DNA of 64,000 nucleotides from positions 3,213,902 through 3,277,901 of the forward strand of contig MU053652.1 in assembly GCA_013239625.1 (NCBI GenBank), written 5' to 3'. The notes beneath the pieces are model-generated. The model was given only the letters and a program-made list of their open reading frames with translations. It was not told the origin of the DNA and did not search any database. Below are positions 12,812 through 25,304 of the stretch, in pieces; position 1 is the first letter of the stretch; each line of letters opens with the position of its first letter. The stretch comes from Lama guanicoe (Eukaryota). Both the position numbers and the translations under genes were made by a program.

Positions 12812-13057
12812 TGCTTTCTATATCTGAATAGGAAAACGGAGCCGTGCCCATGTGGTCTTCTCCATACCACTCACACCCACGGCGGGGCAAGTCCAGCCTC
12901 CAGGCTGCTTGTAAGAACTACAGCCCTGGAAGCAGCCTGCACGTTTCACTGGACAGTACAGAACAGAGCCCAGGGCAGGTGGTGCTTCCTAAGCCACTGA
13001 TGGGGACTGTGCTTGCGCTGCCCACTGACATAGGCTCACCTGTTCTTTTTCCTCCAG

Positions 13058-13155
13058 TTGCAGGCACCTTTAGCTGCACCATGAAGTTCACCGTCCGGGA
13101 CTGCGACCCTGACACGGGGGTTCCAGTGGAGGAGGGGTATGATGATGAGTACGTG
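13058..13155 (+). CDS. COPG2: Coatomer subunit gamma-2, internal exon (4th from last; ~exon 21)
   Basis: Acceptor ttcttttttcctccAG and donor GTG/gtgag. Translates (V)[32 protein letters not shown], a gamma-COP appendage sequence. Confidence 0.96.
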
Positions 13156-13936
13156 GTGAGTCTCCCCTGCACAGAGACTCACTTGGACCCCGTGAACCAC
13201 GGAGGGACTTCTGCCTGGAGAGAATATTTTTCTAGGAACATATGACATCAACTTATGGGATTTTATTCTTTTCAAACAGATTACAGCTGAGGAGGACCTG
13301 GGCTACTCCTCCTCTGTAGTGGGAGTGCATCATGCCACAGAGAATTGGGATTTACCACTTCATGACTGATTAAAACAAAACCCACTCTTTTTTGTCTTTA
13401 TAATAGGGATAATTAAGACATGAAAATAATTACATTTACATTGAAATTTTCACTGAGATCAGTTTTATTTAAACTACTGACTTCTTTGGTTTTGGGGGGA
13501 GTTTGTTTTTGTGCAGCAGCTTTTAGTTTGCTTATAATAGAACCACATTGTGGACTGAAAAGCCTTCACATTACAATGCAGGGAAAAGTTTTTTAAAAAG
13601 TCAACCTTTTAGTGAATGCGGAGTTCAGAAGGCCTTGTAGGGCCTGAACTCGGTGGTTACTTGTGGCAGCCTGACTGCTCTGAACCCTCAGGCTACAGAT
13701 GTTGATCTGAATATGGCTCTTGCCAGATGGCCTGCTTTCTTGCTCTCCTTTGCGAGGGCCTACACTATTAGATTTATCCAGGCTACAGAACTTAAAACTA
13801 GTTTGGTAGTAGAGTTTTTCTAGGCTCCTGCAAAGACTATAACACAGCATGATAAAACCAGATTAACTAGTCTCTTCCATCTTTGCTCTGTACTAAGAGG
13901 ACTTTCATTTTCTGACCCCTGCTTATCACCCACCAG

Positions 13937-14075
13937 CTAGAAGATCTTGAAGTGACTGTGTCTGACCACATTCAGAAGGTAATGAAGCCTAACTTCGCTG
14001 CTGCCTGGGAAGAGATAGGAGACACCTTTGAGAAAGAGGAGACCTTTGCCCTCAGTTCTACTAAAACTCTTGAAG
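13937..14075 (+). CDS. COPG2: COPG2 exon (~22)
   Basis: caccAG/CTAGAAGAT...CTTGAAG/gtaag. Translates [46 protein letters not shown]; phase matches neighbours. Confidence 0.96.
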
Positions 14076-14371
14076 GTAAGAACAAGCTTGCTCTACCCAT
14101 GTATATTGCCTGATAGCAGTCTAACACCTGATAGGCATCTCTGTTATTCCAGAAGGACTCCCTTTTCTTTAAATACTTCATAAACTGTTTCACTTAAAAG
14201 GCCAGAACCCTATCTATCACCTGAGTCAACCAGTTTCCAGTCCTGCAGCCTCCCTCCATGCACTGGCACCAGCCCTGACCACTGCACCCCCACCCCCAGC
14301 ACACACCAGTGCAGAGGCAGGTCCCTACACTGACCTTTTCTGATACTGTTGCATCTGTCTTCTCAACACAG

Positions 14372-14470
14372 AAGCTGTCAACAACATCATCACATTTCTG
14401 GGCATGCAGCCCTGTGAGAGGTCAGACAAAGTACCTGAGAATAAAAATTCCCATTCCCTCTATCTGGCAG
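14372..14470 (+). CDS. COPG2: COPG2 exon (~23)
   Basis: acacAG/AAGCTGTC...CTGGCAG/gtaag. Translates (E)[32 protein letters not shown]. Confidence 0.96.
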
Positions 14471-14924
14471 GTAAGAAACTTCTATCATGTTCTCCCTTAA
14501 TTTTGTTGCAAAATTTGATAGAAAAGGATGTGCATGGGCCTCTCACACCCTGCTACCATCCCGTTATCTCACTGTAGGAGTTACAGTTTGCAGCCCCATC
14601 AGGATGAGTAATTTGCATGCTACTCTTAGCTCGTTCTTTTAAGATGTCTCTTTGGCCTGAAACACTCAAATCTCTCCTTCAGCTATCAATGCCCCCACCT
14701 TTAAGTACTCTGTACCAATATTATTGAATACCTTCTATGTACCTGGTATTATGGGAATATAAGAGATTAGAATTTGTATATAAGATTCAATTTCCAGCAT
14801 AAGCACAAATCTCTAGAAAAGCTAGACTAAAGTAATAGAAAGGAAATGCAGGCAGAGTATGATAAATTTCATTATTCAGAGTGTTTTTGAATTAACATGG
14901 TTTTCCTCACTTTTTTTCTCTCAG

Positions 14925-15055
14925 GTATATACAGAGGTGGCTGTGACCTGTTGGTGAGGTCCAGGCTGGCCTTAGCAGATGGAGTGACCATGCAGGTGAC
15001 TGTCAGAAGCAAAGAGGGGACACCTGTAGATGTTATCTTGGCTTCTGTTGGATAA
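14925..15055 (+). CDS. COPG2: COPG2 terminal coding exon (~24)
   Basis: ttttctctcAG/GTATATAC. Translates (G)[42 protein letters not shown], then TAA at 15053-15055. Confidence 0.96.
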
Positions 15056-15455
15056 GTTTTTACTGGGCAAGATGAAGCGGATGTCAGGGGACACAGTGGG
15101 CTTTCAGGCCAGTGGCATGAATTTCCCAGAATCATACTTCTAAAAATTAATGACTTTGGAGAAGCAAGTTAAATGTTTGGCCCTGAGCCAGCAGATCAAG
15201 GAAATGTCTGTCCTTATGCACGTCTCTCTGTTGTTGTTCCTTTTCCTTTTTATTACACTCAGTCAGCTTTGGTGTGATAATAACAGCTTTGGGTGATCTT
15301 GAAAATCAGATACTATCCTATACCCCAGCTGCTTAACTTCATTATATTCTTTAATTTAACGTGTATCTGAAAGCTCCTGGCAATGTTGGAAAGCTTTTAT
15401 CCCAGAGGGGTGGTAGGGGAGGGGGAGCCAGAGTCCACTTTTGTCAAAATTCATT

Positions 15456-15461
15456 TTTATT
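15456..15461 (-). terminator. MEST: MEST poly(A) signal AATAAA
   Basis: tttatt on + reads AATAAA on -, ~1.2 kb after the MEST stop. Consistent with the known short 3' overlap of MEST and COPG2. Confidence 0.75.
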
Positions 15462-15468
15462 AATGGAA

Positions 15469-15474
15469 AATAAA
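15469..15474 (+). terminator. COPG2: COPG2 poly(A) signal AATAAA (a second AATAAA at 15513-15518)
   Basis: AATAAA ~415 nt after the stop, followed by the GT/T-rich cagttgttata. Confidence 0.75.
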
Positions 15475-16676
15475 CACTTATTCCAGATTCAGTTGTTATA
15501 CTTGAAGTTGCTAATAAAAAAAATTTAAAATAATTACTTAATAATCCTGTTTTTAACTAAGACAATGAAATTGTGGCTTTAAAAAAAAGTATTCAGCACC
15601 ATTTGCTCATAGGCCTTTCAGAATTTGTTCTTAAAATTTCTGGAACTTTCCTGTGTGTAAAGTACAGGAATGGCTGAGCTACATGAGGAACCCTCTCTGG
15701 GACAACCAACGAGAAGTTAAGCAATCAGTATACATTCAGCCTGGTAACTTGGACTGGACAACGATCCCCTCCCCTCCACTCTAGCTCAGGAGGGACATTT
15801 CTAAGCACTGAGGTATGAAGAGTCCGACTGTCATTAGCTGGAAAGACCAGTCCTAGCAGCAAATAACAGTAAATCTCTGGCACAGATGCTGTTGGTCCTT
15901 AACGTCCTGTGATTTTAGGAAATTCTGTAAATAGTTTGGATTTAGTTCAATTTATTCAGAAACTAAACATGTTTAATAAGGTTAAACTGCTCTGCCAGAG
16001 TAAATGTCTGCTGGTTTAGTATCCTTATAAAAATGTATATATAATACATGTAGGTAAATCATAGTCTTAAGGTATACTTAGAATACTGCATTACTTAAAC
16101 TACGATCTAACAAAATGTCTACAATTAGAAGCAGCTGCTGAAACTAAACCCAAAGTTATGACAAGGGAGACTCACTCTCACTTGAAGGCATGCCGCTTAG
16201 AGAACTTAAAAAACCATTTGCCCTTAAAGCCATTCAAGGAGAGGTTAAGGACACACCTTCTTCTCATTCTTACACTAAATATAATTCCAATCAGGTTGGG
16301 CCAGAAATTAGCATTTCTGAATATTTCAGAAAAGTCCACAGAAGCATTTCAAAGACTTATGCAAAAGCACATCTGTCTGTCTGTCTTTCTACAAAAGTGA
16401 GTAGTGGTGTTCATCAGAATTACCTAATACCACAAAGACAAGGGCAGGTCCATACACTTGATCAGATGTCAAAGGAGCAGAAAGTGGACTATTAGGTCAC
16501 CCTTAGAGCTTCTGCTGGCTTTTTACTACCTGCTGTTCACCAGTGTGAGTCAGGTGGACTTTTGTGAGAGAATAGTGTCTGGTGGCCAGGACCTCTTTTG
16601 GGCATTTCTTCCTAAGTGGAGTACACAACAGGTAAGGGAATGGGGGAGGTAATACAGGGAAGCTACTCTTTCCAGC

Positions 16677-16868
<192 letters not shown>

Positions 16869-17712
16869 CTAGTAAATGCCCTGCGGACATACCACACTGG
16901 AAGGAACCACAAAGAGCTTATTCACCTTCTACTTTGGAATTGTATCTTAGGCAGATAAACCCGCCAATTCCATTTACGACGTATACGGACTAGTTTTTAA
17001 ATGCTCGTATTCCAACAGACAACAACTTGAAAATATAACACTTATGAAACACATGTCAAAGCAGGATGACTTCCAGCTCCTTAGAGAAGCATGAGGCATC
17101 AAACAAGTAGACCACTTAACAACTCACTGTCCAAGTGAAAATAACAAAAGACCTTGCTTAACCTGAGGTGAGAGAAGGTATTTTGTTTAAAATTAAATGC
17201 AAGCTGTTTATTACTGGGTTGTTTCTACTAGGCCATGTGAAGGTATGGAACGTTTTTATGTGACATAGTCAAGGTCTCATATTCCGACACCTTCCGAGTA
17301 AGTACCAAAAGAGAGTAACAACCAATAAGAAGGCACTTTTCCACAGCTCAGTCTCCCCAGCAGAAACCAACAAGTTGGCTTTACAATCAGACTTAAGCAA
17401 ACATTTCTTAAAATACATCCACTTCCATTCCTTGGTTCACATGATAGCTTTTTCTTACCTGTACATCTCTGAATATGTAGTGACCATGATAGTGAAAACA
17501 GACTCTATAAACCAAGAGAATGTATAACTTAGTTTCTTGATCTTTACATTATGTAAGAGTAAGATTCCCCAACTCATCCTTTTATTACATGTTTCCTGGA
17601 TGAACAGCCAGTGAGTTCGGAGGAGACTAGAGCAACAGCCCTCGACAGGCAGTCCTGTTCACTACCGGCAGGCTGAGGTACTAACAAAACAAAGACCCCT
17701 GGGGGAGACTCA

Positions 17713-17817
<105 letters not shown>

Positions 17818-18430
17818 CTATTCTCCCGCTCCTACCCTAAAATTAACTACCCCTGCAAAAAATAGATTTTCTTTAATTTGGCAATAATTGAGTAATAATA
17901 GAAAGCCTAGCTTCTTTCAGTAAGTAGGTTCTGAGAACAAGCCTTAAAATTAGTCCACTTGGCACTTTTTCTTCCATAAACAGCCATTCAGCCCCTCCTT
18001 CATCTCTTCTGTGCCCTGGACCAAAAGGAATAAGCCCCAGTTCCAACATTCTCTTTCTATAAATCCAGAATACTTTCATTCTTGAAATCTCTCTCTTCAG
18101 TTATAATTACCCTTGACGTTTGAAATCAACCAATAATATCGTGAATGCTAATTACGTTGTGTGACGTAGTACAATGAATTTCTTTTTAAACCCATTAAGA
18201 ATGAAGAGACAAGTGAGCAGAGACCACCTATAGCCTCTTGATTAGTAATCTCAACAGCCAGCCTTCCCAGCAGTTCAGTACTGAACATGGCAGCCGCTGA
18301 CAACACACAGCACAGAAACCAGTCTAACTCCCACTCTTGACAGAGACACCAGCTCTCTCTGCAATAGGCGCTCCATGTTTCATATACTTCACTCGACCAT
18401 GCAGGTCACTGGTGTTCCAGATGTTGGGAA

Positions 18431-18610
18431 TAGGGCTGCCAGATAAAGGATGGCCAGTTACATTTGAATTTCAGATAAATAATGATTTTCTTTTTTAGTA
18501 TGTCTCAAATATTACACAGCACATACTTATCCTAAATATGTATTTGTTGTTTATTTGAAATTCAAATTTAGCTGGGGTATCTTGTATCTTTACTTGCTAA
18601 GTCTGGCAAT
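18431..18610. mobile_element. MER53-like palindromic hAT MITE in MEST intron 10
   Basis: tagggctgccagata...atttgaatttcagataaataa paired with ttgtttatttgaaattcaaattt...tctggcaa. Confidence 0.8.
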
Positions 18611-18668
18611 TATCTTAACCCCATCATCCCTCAGTTTTCCTATCAAGAGGTAATATAGAAATACTCAC

Positions 18669-18745
18669 TGGGAATAGTTACAGAGGCCAGAGCTCCCACC
18701 CAGCGTCGTCTAAACTTCTTCCTCTGATTGATGTACTGCAACAGA
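18669..18745 (-). CDS. MEST: MEST exon 10
   Basis: ctacAG/T...CCCA/gtgag. Translates [25 protein letters not shown]. Confidence 0.96.
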
Positions 18746-19039
18746 CTGTAGGACACGAAAGTCAGCAGGAGTAGAACAAGAAACGTCTATTGTTTGTTTA
18801 TAGGGATGCAGAGGCCTGACACGAACCACGAGGCCCTATGTTTTCTTAATCCAGAAGCAACCTGGCATTCCCGGGATGGCCCACTTAATTTACTTATTTC
18901 TGTAAACCTCTGGAGTAAACCACCATGTGGCCATGGCAGTGACCATGGCTCCTATCAGTGTACGAATTAATGGTTCTTTGTGTTTATTAAACAGGGAATG
19001 AGATCTGGGAAGGCTGGAAGTTACTCTGGATTATATGTG

Positions 19040-19205
19040 TCTAAAGTCTGGGCCTAAAGTCCAATTTTGACTCCACTACTAACTAGCACTGTGATCAAAA
19101 GTTGTTAGTAACACAAACACATGTCTTTCACCTCAGTTTCCTCATCTTTAAAATCAGAGGACTGAACTACATGATCTCTAAACTGATATCCACTTGTAAA
19201 ATTCT
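19040..19205 (+). mobile_element. MIR fragment
   Basis: MIR core cctcagtttcctcatctttaaaat...ggactgaactacatgatctctaa. Confidence 0.7.
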
Positions 19206-20123
19206 CAGTGGAGAAGTTCATGAGCACAAGGCTTCATTTTCTGCATTTCATCTGACTACAGATAAAACGGAGGAGGATTCCTCTTCCTACAGTGTCAGAT
19301 GTCATAGCTACATTGTAGAACTCAAATTCATGTATTCTAATCATTCTGCCTGGCAACTCCAGGACAGTTATTTTCGTGAATTTCAATTATCACCTCTTAG
19401 AAATGGTATTTACCTTTTGGGAAACATAAGGGAATTTTAAAAGAATGTTTTGTTTGTTTCTCAATTTTTTTGTATTGAAATGAATCCTTAAGGATCCCAT
19501 GGGAGTTAGGGGTGGGAGGGAGGAATGGCTCCTGCCACCTCCCAATTCCCATCAAAGCCCTCAGTTAAAACACTGGAAGCAACACTGACCCAGCTGGCAA
19601 AAAGACAGGGCCTTATCTCAAGTAGTTAAGGATACACATCTCTAGGCCCCTCTGTGAAAGCGGCTAGATGCTTGTTTGAACCAACACATGGGAATTATTT
19701 GTACAACTGCCCTTCTCAGTCCCTGTTGCTACAGAAAAGACATGAAAAAGGAAGCGATTTGTACTTTGAGAGGCATTAGACACCTTTCACGATTGTGATT
19801 AGATGTTCTGAAGCATTTACTATTGACGAAAGGTCCAAAGACGGATTTACCAGAGTCAATCAGCCAGTTACAAACTGAATTAGCATTAGAATTTGCAGCT
19901 GTTTATTCAGACTTTTTGTGCCAAACGGCTTCGGCTCAGAGCTCACTCCATTCTCAGTTTCTTTCTTCTTAGAAAGTACAGAGCATGAATTTTTGGTTTG
20001 CCTCATAGGTCATCACCAATCTTCTTAGGAGAGGGAGAGAGCCAGCAAGAACAAGCAGTCCCACATCATTCCCCACTTCCAAAAAAGCCTCTCTGGAAAC
20101 CAAAGCAGAGGGTTATTTCTTAC

Positions 20124-20225
20124 CTGTCGATAACCAAGTTGCCGTCATTGTTGCGTATCCCTGCCCACATGTCCCACAGCTCACTCTCAGAGGGTCGGGT
20201 GTATGGCCCAAAGACTGGGGTGAGA
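20124..20225 (-). CDS. MEST: MEST exon 9
   Basis: ttcAG/T...GACAG/gtaag. Translates [33 protein letters not shown](S). Confidence 0.96.
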
Positions 20226-20481
20226 CTGAATGAGTCCAAAAAAGCAGAAAGATAAGTGTGAGAAGAAATCAGTATGTCAAGTACAATTGGAACCTCAGGT
20301 CGTGTCTGTCTGACCCTTGTCCAACCGATTTATGGATTCCTTCTACTACTGGCCTGGCAAGTGGTCAGCACCTTTGCTTTCAATATCAAACTCTTAAGAT
20401 TTGGCCCAGAATTTTAATGGCAGTGACATTTCAGCACATTGTTCCCAGGCTGAAGTGAATCAGTCTCTGACAATGACTTAC

Positions 20482-20552
20482 CCTCTAGAGAACACGAAGA
20501 AATTCATCAGCCGCGTGAGGATGGGTGACAGCATGCCTCCATCTTTGAGAAG
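20482..20552 (-). CDS. MEST: MEST exon 8
   Basis: ctacAG/CTT...AGAGG/gtaag. Translates [23 protein letters not shown](G). Confidence 0.96.
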
Positions 20553-21117
20553 CTGTAGGTGTAAAAGTAAAAATCAAGACTCCAGAGAAAGAAGACAACC
20601 AGCCCGGAGAAAAGGTTTTATACTAGAAGTAAAAAAGAAGTGTAGCCACATCTTCTACTCAAAGGTTTGATCACTGGCTTTCAGTTTTTTGTTTTGCCTA
20701 CCCGAATTCTTTTCTCTTGGAAGACAAATGTATTTCCGATTCCCTTTAAGATTACATTTCTGCACGTCACTAAGTCCCAATACTAAAGTCCCAAAGACTT
20801 TTAACGGATATATTCAACTTTAGACTAGGATCCCCATTTGTTCAAACATGCTAATGACACAAATCTTTAGATAGCGGTATTTCTCCAAATACATGTTGAT
20901 CTCTTATTCTCAGAAATAAGGCTTTATTCATCTAGGGGCCACTTCCACTGCTTTATTTGCATAAGAAGGAAAAAACTAACTTCATTAACATAAATTCATG
21001 AAGAAATGTTTTTAACTACAGCCCATGACAGCAGGTATGGCCCTTATAAACGTTCTAGTATTATTTATGTCAATATAAATCCTAAAAACTAAAGATCTAG
21101 TCAGTGGAAGAACCAAC

Positions 21118-21158
21118 CTTTTGGAGAAGGAGAGGACGGTGAGTCTCAGGAAATATAC
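21118..21158 (-). CDS. MEST: MEST exon 7
   Basis: ctgcAG/GT...CAAAAG/gttgg. Translates (G)IFPETHRPLLLQK. Confidence 0.95.
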
Positions 21159-21984
21159 CTGCAGGAGAAGAGAATTAAGTTAGTCATTTACTAACAGTTT
21201 TAGGCCAAACACAGGTCCATCATCAGAGACTATCCACCCTATTCACTGTCATCTTAGGGGCTTTTACTCCCAAAAACAGAATTACAAATAAAAACTTAGT
21301 GCTGTTTATTAGTAAAATGTATTACTCCTCCAGGGAATTCTGTGTCTAACAGGTCAAATTCTGTCCCCCTGCGATTCCTTTCCCCACTGTAAAGAAAGGG
21401 GAAAATATGTGCATGGTCATCCACACTGCCAATGACTAGACTCTGACCCCCCCTTAGCATTTCCTCCCATTCCTCAGAGTACAGACTGTCACTAACGATT
21501 CGGGCTACAAAGGAAACCAGAGACTTTTCAGGAAGTGTAGGTCCTTAAAAAAAGCTAGAGTTCTTCATTTACCATTTTTTCCTCCAGAGTCCATGGGAGA
21601 AAGCCATGAGCATTACCAATGGAGGGACAAACAGACCCCTCTCCCCGTCTGCCCTTAAGGTATTCAGGGGACACTTGAATATCCATGGACTGACAAGCCA
21701 GGCTCAATGGCAGGTGAAAACGAACATCTCCAAAAGGTCTCATCAAGGGTTCACTAATTTCTAACTGAAACTTGGCACTGCTGTGAATTAAAGAGTTTAT
21801 GAAACAAAGCTCAGTAGCATTTAGAAGCACCTGTGGCTTCCTTTCAACTGTCTGCCTCGCCCACTGCAGTTGCTACAGAGATGGCAAAAGAGCACATGCT
21901 CCTCACTACTTCTAATCACAGTTGTTGCCAGACCCACCACACGATCTTGCTGTAAAATACGTTAAACACATTTAAAAAGAAGCA

Positions 21985-22140
21985 CATCTTATTATCACAC
22001 AGCTTTTTATTAACTTATGTCAATAAATAAGTTATTCATTTTATTTTCTATATTTAAAAACATTATTCTGAGAAAGGGTCAGTAAATTTCATCAGACCAC
22101 CAAAGCAGTTCACGGCACAGAAGAGGCAGAGATCCCCTCG
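21985..22140. mobile_element. hAT-Charlie-like MITE remnant
   Basis: cattattctgagaaagggtc...ttcatcagaccaccaaag...ggcacagaagagg resembles a Charlie-type terminus; subfamily uncertain. Confidence 0.45.
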
Positions 22141-22258
22141 TTTAACTGTGTCCGTTTGCAGTACCATCGGATTTATATCCACTTAGATGTCACTGCCATA
22201 TCTGAATGTGGCCCTTCCAGGCTACACCTCATTCTTCCCCCACCTCCAAGGCAATTAC

Positions 22259-22317
22259 CTCCATTTGACAGACAGAGGCTCTTGATGGTAAGTCGACCAG
22301 ATCGATTCTGCTTGAAC
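22259..22317 (-). CDS. MEST: MEST exon 6
   Basis: cttAG/G...GGAG/gtaat. Translates FKQNRSGRLTIKSLCLSNG. Confidence 0.95.
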
Positions 22318-22474
22318 CTAAGAGACAAGAGGGAAACACACGGCTCACTGAGCGGACATACGCCAATGCAGAGGCTGAAGACGATTCTGAAGAGGGAACA
22401 GGGCCAGGAAGAACCCAGAACAATGCACCACCCCCATCATCAGTGAGTGAAACGTGTGAATCATACAGAAGTCA

Positions 22475-22624
<150 letters not shown>

Positions 22625-22744
22625 CTAGGGAAAGAACAGCCCAGGTACAGAGGGTGAAGTCGGGGGGAGGAGGGGTGTGCAGATCTGTCTGCCAGCCTGA
22701 CCCTCCGTCCTTACCCACTCCCACCCCCAACACTGTCCTATCTA

Positions 22745-22834
<90 letters not shown>

Positions 22835-23221
22835 CTACAAGAAAGAAAGGAATGGTTCGGTCCTTCCACTCCTGCTCCTCCTCTTCTCCAACCTACAGCA
22901 GCAAAGGAGTTTCATCCCTATCTCAGCTTAACAAACAGACTTTGATAAAGGGGAAATCTCATGAAACCACAGGCCCACAGATGATCCTCTTGGAAAGTGC
23001 TTTATTTCTAATAATTAATCTGCATTGACGGAGGAACTCTAGCATTTTTAACTTGGCAATGATCCCTCCCAGATTGCCAAAGACTTTAACTTCCTTTCAG
23101 TAAATGAGAAACAGTTCTACATTTAATCCTATTTTATTAAGCAATTCAAAAATGCAACAGCCTTCCAGTGCTGACAACAAAATCCTTGATTTTTAGATTT
23201 TTAAAGGCATAGTTGGACCTA

Positions 23222-23425
<204 letters not shown>

Positions 23426-23544
23426 TTAATGAAATTTAAATAACATATTTCTTTTTAAAATGCAAACTTACTGCTTTAGGTAAGAATAGGCATTTGATTA
23501 TTTTCTTTTATTCTGTATATTTAAAAGTTGTAAATACGGCCAGT

Positions 23545-23650
23545 ATTTTATAATAACTTTAAATGGAGTATAATCTATAAAAATATCAAATCTCTATTTT
23601 GTACACCTGAAACTAATATTGTAAGTCAACTATACTTCAATGAAAAAAAA
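23545..23650 (+). mobile_element. L1 extreme 3' fragment
   Basis: tgtacacctgaaactaatattgtaagtcaactatacttcaat followed by a poly(A) tail. Confidence 0.75.
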
Positions 23651-24418
23651 ATTGTAAGTAGCAGTTTATATAAAAATACTTGAAGGCAGTCTGCTTACTT
23701 TCACCTACATTTTTTTTAAGTACTTCCCCATTTCTCTCTTTATTCTGTAGTAACATGTAATTAACATGTAATTAACATCTTCTTCTACAGTAAAAAGTTT
23801 CATAGTTACAAGGATATATTCATAATTTACAAACTATAAATTCTTTGTACCTTATCACTCACAAAAATTTTCTAAAATAAATGAACTTTTCCTTAACCTG
23901 GTGAGCACCTCAGTTTATGCCATTTGTCCAATACTTTTACTTCTCAAAGAGGCAACTCAATCTAGTATTAAAAGGGTAATGCTCAATTATTGCAAAATTC
24001 TAACAACTATTAAAAAAGGTTAATCAATATAGACATGGGAACATTTGTTTAATGCACAAAAATCTTTTAAATTAACCAAATATTTAAACAGTAAATAGCC
24101 TTGCTAATAGTACTAGATTAAAACTGATACATTCATATACTGCCAGTAGCATGAGAATTTCTTAATGAAGTTTACAAAAATTAATTTACAAGCAATTAAA
24201 AATATTATATACTTTAGCCTAGGAGTCTTATTCTTGAGAATACATGCAAAAATACAATCCATGCAAATAAAATCATTCCATTTACAAGTAGTACAGACTG
24301 AAAAAAATAAGGAAAAAAACACATATATGAAGATTTTCCCTCAAAATTAACTATTTAAAACATTGAAAAACTGGAAACCTAAATGACCAACATAAAGAAA
24401 ATTATATACTTACTTAAT

Positions 24419-24512
24419 CGAATACAGCAAATGAGAGGAGGTCAGGAGCAATAATGAAAAACGGTTTATGACAAACATTTTTCGTTATTGCTCTTGACCC
24501 CCGCTCAAAAGA
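24419..24512 (-). ncRNA. MIR335: pre-miR-335 hairpin in MEST intron 2 (5p arm 24475-24497, 3p arm 24440-24461)
   Basis: The - strand reads UCAAGAGCAAUAACGAAAAAUGU (miR-335-5p) and UUUUUCAUUAUUGCUCCUGACC (miR-335-3p). The arms are complementary and the position in the host intron is the known one. Confidence 0.97.
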
Positions 24513-24519
24513 AATCTTT

Positions 24520-24665
24520 TCCAATCTCGTTTCTCAGTTTCTTTACCTATAAAATGAGGTGAACAGCACCGACCTCCAAATATGGTTGTAAAGATTAAAT
24601 GAAATAATGAAGGTTGAAAACGTAATTCAATGCCTAGCATACGGTAATTACTTGATAAGCAGCAG
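24520..24665 (+). mobile_element. MIR fragment adjacent to pre-miR-335
   Basis: ctcagtttctttacctataaaatgagg...ggttgtaaagattaaatga. Confidence 0.7.
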
Positions 24666-25149
24666 ACATAACAATAACTAGTACCAAATTAATTTATATA
24701 GAGGTGTAAGACAAATCACATTTAGTTATGCATATAACAAATAATCTTTATAGAAAACAATACAATGACGTCAGGGATGCGGGGAACAGAACCAGTGGCA
24801 GCTCCATCTGTGAATACTGTTTCTACCACCTGACACTAGGGGCGCTCAAAAGAGCAAACCAGTACTATCTATCAGTACAAATCAGGCTACAAAGAAAAAT
24901 AACATGAACAAGTCAGTCCATGGAGACTGGAATCTCAATTCCACCACCCTTTCCCTCCCAGCAGTTTTCTTTGAGTTTTATTGCATCAGGTTAAGGAGGG
25001 GGATTATCCATTCCTTCAAGCGCCTACAGGAAAAGGGGGTTTCCCCTCCATCACCGAGGGGCAACGGAGACCAACGGGCACAAAATAAGTACCTCAGTGG
25101 GACCCACAGGACCTTTACATGCAGAGGGTTCCAAGAGTCCTGTTCTTAC

Positions 25150-25304
25150 CTTGGTAGAAGATGCGCAGTCCCTTGTAGGTAAAAAATTTGCCTGACGACT
25201 TCCATGAGTGAAGAGCAGGGGAAAGCTGGGGGGGCGGGATGTGCAGATAGGCTGCAAGCAGGGGTACGGCCAGCAGCCCCACCTGGACCCACCACTCCCT
25301 CATC
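25150..25304 (-). CDS. MEST: MEST exon 2 (contains the second in-frame ATG at 25303, start of the shorter isoform)
   Basis: ctacAG/G ATG...CAAG/gtaag. Translates [51 protein letters not shown]. Confidence 0.97.

Noticed and set aside
24831..24847. CTCF-like ACACTAGGGGCGC in MEST intron 2
   Set aside because: One base short in the G-run relative to the CTCF core spacing; not supportable without data.
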